NCBI GenBank assembly: GCA_017544545.1
Contig: JAFYDY010000090.1
Location: 1-39,910 of the forward strand
Source: a bacterium
GTDB taxonomy: Bacteria; Cyanobacteriota; Vampirovibrionia; Gastranaerophilales; Gastranaerophilaceae
Length of the DNA: 39,910 bases
Reading direction: 5' to 3'
The number at the start of each line of letters is the position of its first letter. Position 1 is the stretch's first letter. The position numbers and the translations under genes were made by a program. Below the pieces are notes generated by a model, which was not told where the DNA came from, searched no databases, and saw nothing but the letters and a program-made list of their open reading frames with translations. This document shows, in pieces, positions 7,966 to 17,274 of this stretch.

Positions 7966-8334
7966 TTATTTGATTTTTAAAATGCTTATTGTATCTGCAT
8001 TTTGTTCAAACATAAATTTTTGAGACCATTTCCCGAAACATTTTTCCGTAAAATCTTTTGACTTTGCCATTTGTTCTTCTGAATATTGAGAAACGCAGCC
8101 CCAGGTTGTATTTTCAAGGTCTTTACGGTTCAGTCTGGCCCTCAGGGTTGATACGTATTGATATGCACTTTCGTCTTTATAATTCTTGTTATTCAAAAGG
8201 CTTTGCTGCAGTGTCTGAAAATAATTTGCAACAAATTCATCATAAAAGTTCTTTTTGAACTTTGGATCATAGTTGTATGCAAATGCCTGAGAAGATATAA
8301 ATAATGTTAAAAGTAATAAAATAAATTTTTTCAT
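7966..8334 (-). CDS. hypothetical secreted 122-aa protein
   Basis: Signal peptide MKKFILLLLTLFISSQAFA. No recognisable domain. Confidence 0.6.
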   Translation of the reverse strand: MKKFILLLLTLFISSQAFAYNYDPKFKKNFYDEFVANYFQTLQQSLLNNKNYKDESAYQYVSTLRARLNRKDLENTTWGCVSQYSEEQMAKSKDFTEKCFGKWSQKFMFEQNADTISILKIK

Positions 8335-8343
8335 CGTAAAGTC

Positions 8344-8478
8344 CTACATTGAAATTGTTTGCAGGGTGTTAAGCATTGTGGAATTTATTCCTGCTTCCTG
8401 AGCAAATACTTTGCTGACAGTGATTATTAAGATATTTATAAAAACGAGTATACTCAATATTATTATTATTTTTTTCAT
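8344..8478 (-). CDS. candidate 44-aa small membrane/secreted peptide (not in the ORF track)
   Basis: My translation: MKKIIIILSILVFINILIITVSKVFAQEAGINSTMLNTLQTISM. GGGGA lies 7-8 nt upstream of the ATG. The stop TAG lies 9 nt upstream of the next gene's ATG. Confidence 0.4.
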   Translation of the reverse strand: MKKIIIILSILVFINILIITVSKVFAQEAGINSTMLNTLQTISM

Positions 8479-8574
8479 CAAGATTTCCCCTTGTAGCACA
8501 ATTCTATATGATTGTAAAAAATGTGGTATCCTCTTTTTGATGTAATTTATTGAAATTTGTAGTAAGATTTTGAT

Positions 8575-8928
8575 ATGGAAAATAATATAAATTTACGAAA
8601 TTACGCATATTTGGGTGATGCAGTATGGGAATTGTACATTCGAGAAAAAACAATTCTTATGACAAATAACGCCAAAAATCTGCATAAACTGACAACAGAT
8701 TTGGTAAATACACACCATCAGTGCGAATTATTGCAAAAAATCGAAAACGATTTGACCGAAGAAGAATCGGATTTGGTGCGTAGAGCAAGAAATCTGCCAA
8801 TACCTGTCGGCAGACGCAATATGCAGTCCGAATATCGTCAGGCAACAGCCTTCGAAGCCTTGATTGGCTGGTGGTATCTTCACGACAAACAACGCTTGGA
8901 GACTGTTTTACTAAAAATTAGTAATTAA
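8575..8928 (+). CDS. mrnC: Mini-ribonuclease 3
   Basis: 117 aa. YLGDAVWELYIRE, RRARN and ATAFEALIGW motifs of Mini-III RNase. Confidence 0.85.
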   Translation: MENNINLRNYAYLGDAVWELYIREKTILMTNNAKNLHKLTTDLVNTHHQCELLQKIENDLTEEESDLVRRARNLPIPVGRRNMQSEYRQATAFEALIGWWYLHDKQRLETVLLKISN

Positions 8929-8936
8929 ATTTGTTG

Positions 8937-9944
8937 CTAGTTCTGTGCTAACTTTTCACGAACGAGTTTTTCAACTTCTGCTAAGACGTCAGGATTTTCT
9001 TCCAGATATTCTTTTGCTTTTTCTCTGCCCTGACCGAGTTTTTCTTCTTTGTAACTGAACCACGCACCTGCTTTATTGATAATATCAAGGTTTACGGCAA
9101 CATCCAAAATGTTTCCGACTTTGGAAATACCTTTACCAAATACGATATCAAATTCTGCAGTTCTGAACGGAGGAGCAACCTTGTTTTTCAAAACTCTTAC
9201 TCTGACGTGGTTTCCGATATCTCCGTCTTCGCCCTTCAGACCTTCTGTACGTCTGATTTCCATACGGACAGATGCATAATATTTCAAAGCGTTACCACCG
9301 GTTGTGGTTTCGGGGTTTCCGTACATAACACCGATTTTCATACGTAATTGGTTGATGAAAATAACGGTGGTATTAGTTTTACCGATAATGCCTGTCAGTT
9401 TTCTCAAAGCTTTTGACATCAAACGAGCCTGCAAGCCCATTTGCTGATCTTCCATAGAGCCTTCAATTTCAGCCTTTGGAACAAGGGCTGCAACAGAGTC
9501 TACAACTACGATATCAACAGCTCCGGAGCGTACAAGTTCTTCTGTGATATCAAGAGCTTGTTCTCCTGTATCCGGCTGAGAAATAAGGAGATTATCAACA
9601 TCTACCCCTAAATTTCTTGCATATTCAGGATCAAGTGCGTGTTCTGCATCAACGAACGCTGCAATTCCGCCTTTCTTTTGGCATTCGGCAACAATATGTT
9701 GCGCAAGAGTTGTTTTACCGGAAGATTCGGGCCCGTAAATTTCAATAATACGTCCGCGGGGAACTCCGCCAATTCCTAATGCAACATCAAGTGACAATGC
9801 ACCTGTCGGGATTGCATCAACATTAACGGTGGCCTTATCGCCAAGTTTCATTATTGAACCTTTACCAAAATCTTTTTCAATTTTTTCAATAGCTAATTTT
9901 AAAGCTTTATTTCTTTCATCGCTTATAGTAGGTGCCTCTGCCAT
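8937..9944 (-). CDS. recA: recombinase RecA
   Basis: Walker [10 protein letters not shown] and full-length RecA similarity. Start set at ATG 9944 (MAEAP...) behind SD GAGGAG rather than the ORF-track start at 9971. Confidence 0.95.
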   Translation of the reverse strand: MAEAPTISDERNKALKLAIEKIEKDFGKGSIMKLGDKATVNVDAIPTGALSLDVALGIGGVPRGRIIEIYGPESSGKTTLAQHIVAECQKKGGIAAFVDAEHALDPEYARNLGVDVDNLLISQPDTGEQALDITEELVRSGAVDIVVVDSVAALVPKAEIEGSMEDQQMGLQARLMSKALRKLTGIIGKTNTTVIFINQLRMKIGVMYGNPETTTGGNALKYYASVRMEIRRTEGLKGEDGDIGNHVRVRVLKNKVAPPFRTAEFDIVFGKGISKVGNILDVAVNLDIINKAGAWFSYKEEKLGQGREKAKEYLEENPDVLAEVEKLVREKLAQN

Positions 9945-9976
9945 ACTTTTCTCCTCATAAATTAGTAGCACATTGT

Positions 9977-10005
9977 ATATTCACACTAACGTGTGAATAC
10001 GTCAA
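9977..10005 (-). promoter_or_regulatory. recA promoter (TTGACG-N17-GAATAT with TGn) containing a 9-bp-arm palindromic operator
   Basis: -35 TTGACG lies at plus 10000-10005. Palindrome TATTCACAC-TAAC-GTGTGAATA at 9978-9999 fills the spacer and overlaps the -10. recA ATG is at 9944. Confidence 0.5.
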
Positions 10006-10021
10006 ATATGGTCATATGAGA

Positions 10022-10546
10022 TTATTCCCAAACGTATACTTCTTTTTTCTTATAAAACCCTAATGCAACAGGTCTGTAGCTATTCAATTCATTTTTAAGC
10101 TGATAAACTTCTTTGTTCAAATCAACAATTTTTTGTTTCAATGTTTCGTTATCAGTTTTGCAACGAATAAGTTCAACTACAACGTCATCCATACCTTCAA
10201 GTTTTTCATCAATAACTTTTGCGATTCTGTCGCTGAGTTTTGTTTCCAAATTTTGTAATGACGCTAAGATACTGCTAACAGCAGTACTTCCTGATACTGA
10301 AGAACCTCCGACCAAAGCGGGAACTCTTGAAGAAATAGGATTTGTAACCCCTTCTTTTACCTGAGCCTGAATTTTTCTCAGATTTTTTACTTCATCATAA
10401 GAAAAATATGTATGACCTTTTGCATTTTTTCTCGGTCTGATTTCAGCCTTTTTGCAAAGATCAACAATCTCTCTGTTGTCTGCTTTCAAAATAGTTCTAA
10501 CCTCTTGTGGTGTTAAAGTTCTCTCTTTCATAGTGTCTTTTATCAT
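10022..10546 (-). CDS. hypothetical HTH (MerR/excisionase-like) coiled-coil protein
   Basis: 174 aa. The N-terminal LTPQEVRTILKADNREIVDLCKK...YFSYDEV resembles a MerR-type HTH. The C-terminal part is heptad-rich. Confidence 0.55.
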   Translation of the reverse strand: MIKDTMKERTLTPQEVRTILKADNREIVDLCKKAEIRPRKNAKGHTYFSYDEVKNLRKIQAQVKEGVTNPISSRVPALVGGSSVSGSTAVSSILASLQNLETKLSDRIAKVIDEKLEGMDDVVVELIRCKTDNETLKQKIVDLNKEVYQLKNELNSYRPVALGFYKKKEVYVWE

Positions 10547-10652
10547 CTTTTATCTATCCCTATAAAAAAACATTCCCAAAACTATCATATTACATTAACA
10601 ATATTCAGGCAAATAATTTTCATGAAACATGAAGAAATGTTACAAGAAAGAT

Positions 10653-11432
10653 TTAAACTTCAATATCTTGAGCAATACCTGTTTGGTATCCGGGGACAAC
10701 AAGAGCTAACGGAATAATTTTACCCAATTTTTGTCCGAAAGTGCTATTTGGGCTCATCATAGTTGTTGCCATGCATATATCGTCTACGTGAGGGGCAAAA
10801 TCTGTTGCTCTTATATTTCTGTCCACTTTTTTGTGATAGATTTTTTCATTTATATAATTTGAAACTCTATTACCCAGAAATATTCCGACACCCAAAGCTG
10901 CTAATGTTGCTGTGGCTTGTGGAATTTTCTTGAGAATTTTGTTGAAAACTTTAGCGGATTTATTCAGAGAATTAATTTGAGGCATTCCTTCTTCAAGGCG
11001 ATATTGGTATTTGTTGAAGACTTTTGAACCAAGCCATACGGTTGTGATAGGAACAAGTACATTTCCCAAAATCTGGTTCAGAACTTCACGTTTTTTCGCT
11101 TTGACATTTTGTTTATCTACAATTGAACCGCCTACAAAACCTCCGGCAACAGAGCCAAGGGCAGTTGCTATAATATTTACGGGATTCCCAAAATCAATAG
11201 CTTTTTCTGCAGGAGAATATTTAAAAATAGCCCAATCTTTAATTGGTGTTCCAATTATATTTTTCGGATTTAAAGAAAACCCTTTTTTCTTAGCCAAAAC
11301 CATAATGACAGGTGTCATTCCGGCAATAGCAGATGCAGTAACAACAGTTTTTTGTTTTCGGTTCATATTTGTTCTGTCGCTATGTCCGAAACTTGGGGTA
11401 TTTACAGTATTTGGTGTTATTCTGTCTATCAT
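10653..11432 (-). CDS. hypothetical multi-pass membrane protein
   Basis: About 5 hydrophobic segments. Start set at ATG 11432 behind AGGAAAAACC. The ORF-track extension to 11540 looks non-coding. Confidence 0.6.
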   Translation of the reverse strand: MIDRITPNTVNTPSFGHSDRTNMNRKQKTVVTASAIAGMTPVIMVLAKKKGFSLNPKNIIGTPIKDWAIFKYSPAEKAIDFGNPVNIIATALGSVAGGFVGGSIVDKQNVKAKKREVLNQILGNVLVPITTVWLGSKVFNKYQYRLEEGMPQINSLNKSAKVFNKILKKIPQATATLAALGVGIFLGNRVSNYINEKIYHKKVDRNIRATDFAPHVDDICMATTMMSPNSTFGQKLGKIIPLALVVPGYQTGIAQDIEV

Positions 11433-11589
11433 GGTTTTTCCTACATCTCCATGATACCAAAAACAAAACAAAAAATTTCTTGCGCTCAAAAAAACGGATT
11501 TTTTGTAACAAAATATTAAAAAACTGCGATCATGGGGCAAAAAAGAATGTTGAGTGTTATTAAATAGTTATTGGAACGAAAGTAAAATC

Positions 11590-13128
11590 ATGTCAATAAG
11601 AATCCCCACAGCAAATACAAACCACGTAATCTCAAGAAACTTCGTAAAACAAATGGCAAGCGACGGTTTCTTGCCTGTAATTGCGCTGGAAGCTTTTGTT
11701 GAAGCGGGGAGAACTTATCAGGCATATAAGCGTGGCGGATTTGACGAGGCAAGAGAAAGAATAACAGAAGAGTTTTCTGGTGCAGTCTTCTGGCTGGGCG
11801 GCGTTACGGCGTTAAATGCTCTGTTTGAAAGATTAGGTCAAAGACTGTTAAAACTCAAAAAAATCAATGTTGCGATTGCAAGTGACGATGTACGTAATCC
11901 TCTTGGAAACTATTTGGAACATGAAAAAACATTAGACGGTGCCAAGATTCTGGAAAATACAATGGCAAAATTCAAGTTTGCCAAAGTTATTTCAAGTGTA
12001 CTTATCGCAAACGCATTTATAGGGTTTGTTTTGCCGAAAATCAACCAATCAATCACACGTTGGTATCACAGAAATAAACCTCAGCAAGATGATGCAAAAC
12101 AAAATAATAATGCGGTATCAAGACCGTCTATGGATTCTTTTGTAAACAATACCAATGACAACAGGGATGTTTCATTCGGTATGAATATGCTTACTCTTGC
12201 AGATAAATTTGAAAGCAACAGAAACTATAAACTTTTATCTGTTGATGTCGGAACAGCTTCAGGCAGAGCAATTTCCGCAAGAAATAATGATGAAAGAGTT
12301 GAGATTCTGTTCAGAGATTTGAGCTCCATTTATTTCTACATGTTCAATATGTCCAACCTGAATAAATGGTTAAATAAAGCCGAACAACATGGAAATCCGA
12401 AAAGGTTAGATCCGGTTTCTGCCGATTTTGCAACAAAATATATGCAGTCTTATGTTGATGATGTGGGGATATCAGCGGAAGGTGCTGCAAAATCAGTTAA
12501 TGTGGAAAAATTTGAAAAAGAAATGTTTGGTGAAGCGGCAGAAATTCCGGATGCGATTAAGGCAGAATTAAAAGGAGAAAAAATTAAAATTATTTCTCTT
12601 GATGAATTTAAAGCTTTGCTTAAGGATGATGCAAAATACGGTGCAAGATTTGAGGAACTTTCAAAAATTGCAGACCAAATGTCCGAATTGCAGCCGCAAA
12701 TAAAAGGAATGTCAATCTTAACAGAAGGTCAGATTAAAGACATTCTGGCAGGCGGTCATATAAATAATCCTGAATTCTTAAAAGAATTCTATAAAAACAA
12801 ATTCGGCAAAGATTTTATGGACAAATACAAGTTTGTTGCCCAAAAAGATTTGGATACTTACAAGGCTGAACTTGTTGATTATGTAAAATCAATTCTTGCA
12901 AAAGCTAAAGAAAAGAATCTGACTGAAATAACCGAAGAAGTTCTGAATAAGGCTTCCAAATCAAACTTCAAGTGGAATGCACTTAACTGGGGTGCTGGTT
13001 TTGTAACGTCAGCCTTGTTCTTATCTACAATAATTCCGAAAACACAATATCTGATTACAAAATGGAGAACAGGCTCTAACGAATTTCCGGGCACTGCTCA
13101 ATACAGAGAACAGGAAGCAAAAAAATAA
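11590..13128 (+). CDS. hypothetical large membrane protein
   Basis: 512 aa from ATG 11590 (the ORF-track start at 11554 is a GTG). Three hydrophobic segments flank a long Lys/Glu-rich soluble region. Divergent from the preceding membrane-protein gene. Confidence 0.6.
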   Translation: MSIRIPTANTNHVISRNFVKQMASDGFLPVIALEAFVEAGRTYQAYKRGGFDEARERITEEFSGAVFWLGGVTALNALFERLGQRLLKLKKINVAIASDDVRNPLGNYLEHEKTLDGAKILENTMAKFKFAKVISSVLIANAFIGFVLPKINQSITRWYHRNKPQQDDAKQNNNAVSRPSMDSFVNNTNDNRDVSFGMNMLTLADKFESNRNYKLLSVDVGTASGRAISARNNDERVEILFRDLSSIYFYMFNMSNLNKWLNKAEQHGNPKRLDPVSADFATKYMQSYVDDVGISAEGAAKSVNVEKFEKEMFGEAAEIPDAIKAELKGEKIKIISLDEFKALLKDDAKYGARFEELSKIADQMSELQPQIKGMSILTEGQIKDILAGGHINNPEFLKEFYKNKFGKDFMDKYKFVAQKDLDTYKAELVDYVKSILAKAKEKNLTEITEEVLNKASKSNFKWNALNWGAGFVTSALFLSTIIPKTQYLITKWRTGSNEFPGTAQYREQEAKK

Positions 13129-13139
13129 TTATTAAAAGA

Positions 13140-14336
13140 TTATAATTTTTCAGTATAATTTATTGGCAATTCAATTATGTGAAGCCTTCTCATTCTTGCA
13201 ACTCTGTCGGTTAATTCACGGATTTGGTCTTCAATAGTTACATTATGCACCATTTTTTGAGGGATACCAAATGTTTTGGCTAATCTTTCTGACCAAAAAC
13301 GATATTCGCTTTTTGCAATATCTCCGGCCGCTCTTGCATCAACTTCCAGCAAATTGTTTTTGTATCTTCGACCGGTTGAATTTGTTGAAGGATATATCAT
13401 TTCCGCAAACCAATATTTTTTAGCCAGAGCTTTTTCTTTTGAATTAAGTATGACTTTGTATTCCGGTTTTCTGAATATATTAAGCAGACTGCGTTGAATT
13501 CTTGAAATTAAATCAAATTGCAGCTTATGTCTATATTCATGGTTTAGAGTATTTACCATGTCAATTTTATTACCCTGAGTGCTGTCCACAAGTACTCTTT
13601 TTGTTCTATTTTGATACAAACCCATGCACCCGTCTAATTTCACATCTGAAAAATCTTTACCCGCATCAACCCCTTGTTTTTTCGCAGCATAATAAGAAGC
13701 GGATTGGGCAAAATCTTTTTTGGTATAGTTTCTTATGTATAAATATGGATCGTTTTCACAGTTCTCAAGTATAGAGGGGTTGCTTGCGTTTATTGTTTTG
13801 TTGTATAGGGTGCCGTCTTTTGTTCTGACAGCCGTTGTTTCAAGATATTTGGTTCTTGCTTGCGAAATTAATTCTTCATATACCTGATTTTCAGCTCTTG
13901 AACCATCGGGTAATGGCTTCATGTCGAGCTTCATTCTGGTAAGCCCTTTTTTACCGTTAATATCATGCCTAAATAACGCTTCTTCTCTGTCTAAAATAGC
14001 TTTCCCGTCTTTAATGAATTTACTTGTAATAAATACTACATCATTGTCTGTAGTATATGTTTTAATAATGCTTTCCACATCTCGTCCATCAACAGCTTTT
14101 GTAATAAGGCGTTCAAGTACTTCTCTTGAATTATCTTTAAATGTAACAATTGAGGTAGTACTTTTCCCGAATTCTGTTTCAACCTTGACGAAATCAACGT
14201 AGGTACAATTTTTAGGTATAATTTTTGTTGCGTTTAGAACAGATATATGTTGTGAATCTTTTGCCAAGAGGCGACAACCGTATTTGTTGAACGGTTTCAG
14301 GCCTTCGGTTGCTATTTTTGAAACGTTTATTGCCAT
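13140..14336 (-). CDS. hypothetical protein with an HExxH zinc-metalloprotease-like motif
   Basis: HEYRH motif with downstream Glu candidates. No signal peptide. Start set at ATG 14336 (MAINVSK); the ORF-track start at 14354 is a TTG. Confidence 0.55.
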   Translation of the reverse strand: MAINVSKIATEGLKPFNKYGCRLLAKDSQHISVLNATKIIPKNCTYVDFVKVETEFGKSTTSIVTFKDNSREVLERLITKAVDGRDVESIIKTYTTDNDVVFITSKFIKDGKAILDREEALFRHDINGKKGLTRMKLDMKPLPDGSRAENQVYEELISQARTKYLETTAVRTKDGTLYNKTINASNPSILENCENDPYLYIRNYTKKDFAQSASYYAAKKQGVDAGKDFSDVKLDGCMGLYQNRTKRVLVDSTQGNKIDMVNTLNHEYRHKLQFDLISRIQRSLLNIFRKPEYKVILNSKEKALAKKYWFAEMIYPSTNSTGRRYKNNLLEVDARAAGDIAKSEYRFWSERLAKTFGIPQKMVHNVTIEDQIRELTDRVARMRRLHIIELPINYTEKL

Positions 14337-14473
14337 ATTTATACCTACATGCAATATTAAAGTACAAACATGATAAAAATTGCCTCTTTCGTATAACCTT
14401 TGTAATACTTGAAGTGATTTTTTGTTTAAGATAAAATATCCTTGTAAATATGTACAATTAAAGGAGAATTATT

Positions 14474-15274
14474 ATGTCAAGAAAACCAATTATTGCAGGA
14501 AACTGGAAAATGAATCTTTGCCAGAGCGAAGCAAAATCTTTGTATGAAGGTATTAAATCATTTGTATCTAATTATAGTGCACCTGAATTACCAATAGTTG
14601 TGATAGCTCCGGTTTTCACATCAATCAATCAGGTTTCTGAAATTCCGTGCAGCTGTGGTTGCGGTGGAAGCAAATTATATGTTGCAGGACAAAATTGCCA
14701 CTGGGAATCTTCAGGAGCTTACACAGGTGAAATTTCAGTTGAAATGTTAAAAGATGCAGGATGTTCATATGTAATTATCGGTCACTCTGAAAGAAGACAA
14801 TATTTTTCTGAAACAGATGAAATGATTAACAAAAAAGCAAAAGCAATCTTGGCAGGCGGTTTAATTCCGATTATCTGCTGCGGTGAATCATTAGAACAAA
14901 GAGAATCAGGTATAACAGATTCTTGGATTGCATCACAAATCAGAGCTGCTTTGTCAGGAATTTCATCAGAAGATGTTGCTAAATCTGTAATTGCTTATGA
15001 ACCTATTTGGGCAATCGGTACCGGTAAATCTTGTGATGCTCAGGAAGCTAACAGAGTAATTAAAATGATTAGAAGTGTTGTTTCTGAAGTTGCAGGTTCT
15101 TCTGCTGCTGATTCTATCAGAATCCTCTACGGCGGATCTGTTAAACCTTCAACAATTGAAGAACAAATGTCAATGTCTGATATTGACGGTGCTTTAATCG
15201 GCGGCGCTTCATTAAAGGCTGAAAGCTTCAACGAAATCATTGAAAAAACAATGAAAGTTGCAGTATCAGCTTAA
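14474..15274 (+). CDS. tpiA: triosephosphate isomerase
   Basis: Motifs GNWKMN, IIGHSERR, AYEPIWAIGTG and YGGSV. SD AAGGAG. Followed by a strong terminator. Confidence 0.95.
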   Translation: MSRKPIIAGNWKMNLCQSEAKSLYEGIKSFVSNYSAPELPIVVIAPVFTSINQVSEIPCSCGCGGSKLYVAGQNCHWESSGAYTGEISVEMLKDAGCSYVIIGHSERRQYFSETDEMINKKAKAILAGGLIPIICCGESLEQRESGITDSWIASQIRAALSGISSEDVAKSVIAYEPIWAIGTGKSCDAQEANRVIKMIRSVVSEVAGSSAADSIRILYGGSVKPSTIEEQMSMSDIDGALIGGASLKAESFNEIIEKTMKVAVSA

Positions 15275-15297
15275 TAAATTTTGATTGACAGTCGAGG

Positions 15298-15335
15298 AAA
15301 AAGACCTGAATTTATTTCAGGTCTTTTTTATTTTT
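15298..15335 (+). terminator. intrinsic terminator after tpiA
   Basis: GACCTGAA/TTCAGGTC stem extended by A-T pairs, 5-nt loop, then a T6 run. Confidence 0.85.
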
Positions 15336-15372
15336 ACACTATCTAAATGACAAAAAATCTTGCGAATTTGCC

Positions 15373-15378
15373 TATAAT
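15373..15378 (+). promoter_or_regulatory. TATAAT box 6 nt upstream of ATG 15385 (leaderless candidate)
   Basis: TATAAT-AATAGA-ATG. No SD. Confidence 0.4.
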
Positions 15379-15384
15379 AATAGA

Positions 15385-16062
15385 ATGGAAGAACAGAAGC
15401 TAAAAAAGAAATACACCGATTATATTGAAAGTTTGATTGAACAGGTTGTGCCGGCTCTTCCTTCTGACGTGAATGAACTTCAAAAAGGTTATCTTATCAA
15501 AAATATGAGGCTGGCTTCGGTAAAAATGGCACAATCTATTGAAGATAACGAAGAATTTAATTCTCTGGATTTTGACAGTCAGTGCTTTTATATCCAGATA
15601 ATTGCAGAGTGGTCTTTTCACAAAGAAATTGATCTTTTCCGTTCCGGTATTCCCCCAAAATACTGGAAAGTTGTTATGCAAAAAATTTGGTTTGCTATGT
15701 GGGAGGTAATGTTTGCCTGTGTGAAAAATGATGCTCCCGAAACAGTTGTTCTGTCGTTGGTGGAAAGATTTGTAAACCGAACATATTATGAGGCTGTGGA
15801 AGAACTTAAATATAACAATATCATTGATGATGTAACCGAAATGCAGGCCAAAGAGCAATCAAATATAAGGACTATGGCAGAAGAATACCGAATGGAAAGA
15901 AGTATAAAAAATTATGTCAAAACCGTCATTAAACGAACACTGCTTGCAATTCTTATTTCCGTCATTGTTTCTTTGTTGATAATAAAATATAAAACCGTCG
16001 GGCTGGTTACTATTATAACTCTTGTAATAGTTTATATTCTTATTCCTGTCAGAAAGGAATAG
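15385..16062 (+). CDS. hypothetical protein with a C-terminal double transmembrane anchor
   Basis: 225 aa with two C-terminal hydrophobic helices. No SD; TATAAT lies 6 nt upstream of the ATG. Confidence 0.55.
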   Translation: MEEQKLKKKYTDYIESLIEQVVPALPSDVNELQKGYLIKNMRLASVKMAQSIEDNEEFNSLDFDSQCFYIQIIAEWSFHKEIDLFRSGIPPKYWKVVMQKIWFAMWEVMFACVKNDAPETVVLSLVERFVNRTYYEAVEELKYNNIIDDVTEMQAKEQSNIRTMAEEYRMERSIKNYVKTVIKRTLLAILISVIVSLLIIKYKTVGLVTIITLVIVYILIPVRKE

Positions 16063-16064
16063 GG

Positions 16065-17222
16065 CTATTTATTAAAAAGAGTTTCGTTTTTGGATTTTAA
16101 TTCATCAAGTACTTTTCTGTAATTTACGTTTACTCGGGTTGGTTTTGAGGTTTCCGTAACGGTTAAAAATACATTTGCACTCTTTGGCTTTTGCCCGTCA
16201 AGAAAATCTTTTGAATTTGCACTGTCAATTCTTGCCGGTACAATTAGCCCGCTTTTTGCAAATCTTTTTGAGTTTTCTTCTGAAGATAAATATTTTACAA
16301 GTTTTATTGCCTGAGGTTTGTTTTTGGAATTTTTGGAAATTGCCCAGCCCGAAGAATCCATAGGGACGATACTTCCGGCACTCATTTTCGGGAATTCCGC
16401 AACATCCCAGTCAAATTTGGCTTCCTGTCTGAATTTTGGAACTAACCATCTGCCGGATAACAGCATACCCATTCTTCCCTGTAAAAATAATTGTGCTGAT
16501 GTTGCACTCGCAATTTCATCTTTTGTCGGTGCAACGTGGTATTTGGTGCGTAAGTCGGCATATAATTTTAACCCTCTGTTATCTTTAACTTTTTCATAAT
16601 ACGGGATACTGTCAAATCCTTCGCTTGTCAGGTATGGCAGGTAAAACAAAGGCTCCTCGTCAAAAGATATTCCGAAAACGTCAGGTCTTTGTGTCAGTTT
16701 TTGGGCTTTTGAAAGGTATTCCTCAAAAGTCCATCCGGCATGGGGATAACTTACATTTTTTTTGTCAAACAAATCTTTATTATAAAAGATTACCAAATTG
16801 GAAATATCTCTCGGGACAGCATAAGTTGATGCTTTCCAACTCATAGTGGCAAGAGCTTTGGGATAATATTTTTCAAATTCAAACTCTTCCGAGTATTTTC
16901 CCAAATCTTCCAAAACACCTGCATTTGCATATATCGGTAGATACTGATTATTTATAAAAATGACGTCAGGTGCAGTATTAGAGGCATACAGCAGATGAAT
17001 CTTCTGGAAATAGTTTTGGGGGATGTGCATAAAATCAATTTTTATATCCGGGTTTTCTTTTTCAAAATCAGCAAGCATAGGCTTTAAAATGCTGATTTCA
17101 GATTCAGAGCCCCACGAAGCAAATTGTACGACAACGTAATTATCGTTTTTCACATTACTTTTTAAAATAAAAAAGCCCGCCAATATTATTAAACAGATTA
17201 TTAAAATTATTTTTTTTATCAT
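16065..17222 (-). CDS. ABC transporter substrate-binding protein (family 1, sugar-type)
   Basis: 385 aa. N-terminal hydrophobic anchor and overall family-1 SBP-like sequence. No permease or ATPase gene adjacent. Confidence 0.7.
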   Translation of the reverse strand: MIKKIILIICLIILAGFFILKSNVKNDNYVVVQFASWGSESEISILKPMLADFEKENPDIKIDFMHIPQNYFQKIHLLYASNTAPDVIFINNQYLPIYANAGVLEDLGKYSEEFEFEKYYPKALATMSWKASTYAVPRDISNLVIFYNKDLFDKKNVSYPHAGWTFEEYLSKAQKLTQRPDVFGISFDEEPLFYLPYLTSEGFDSIPYYEKVKDNRGLKLYADLRTKYHVAPTKDEIASATSAQLFLQGRMGMLLSGRWLVPKFRQEAKFDWDVAEFPKMSAGSIVPMDSSGWAISKNSKNKPQAIKLVKYLSSEENSKRFAKSGLIVPARIDSANSKDFLDGQKPKSANVFLTVTETSKPTRVNVNYRKVLDELKSKNETLFNK

Positions 17223-17232
17223 ATTTTAAATA

Positions 17233-17274
17233 AATAGAGGTATGCCCTGTAATTTTATGAGCGATACCTCTATT
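17233..17274 (-). repeat. 11-bp inverted repeat with a 20-nt spacer between the envelope-protein gene and the SBP gene
   Basis: AATAGAGGTAT (17233-17243) and ATACCTCTATT (17264-17274). It ends 10 nt before the SBP ATG, which has no SD. Confidence 0.8.
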
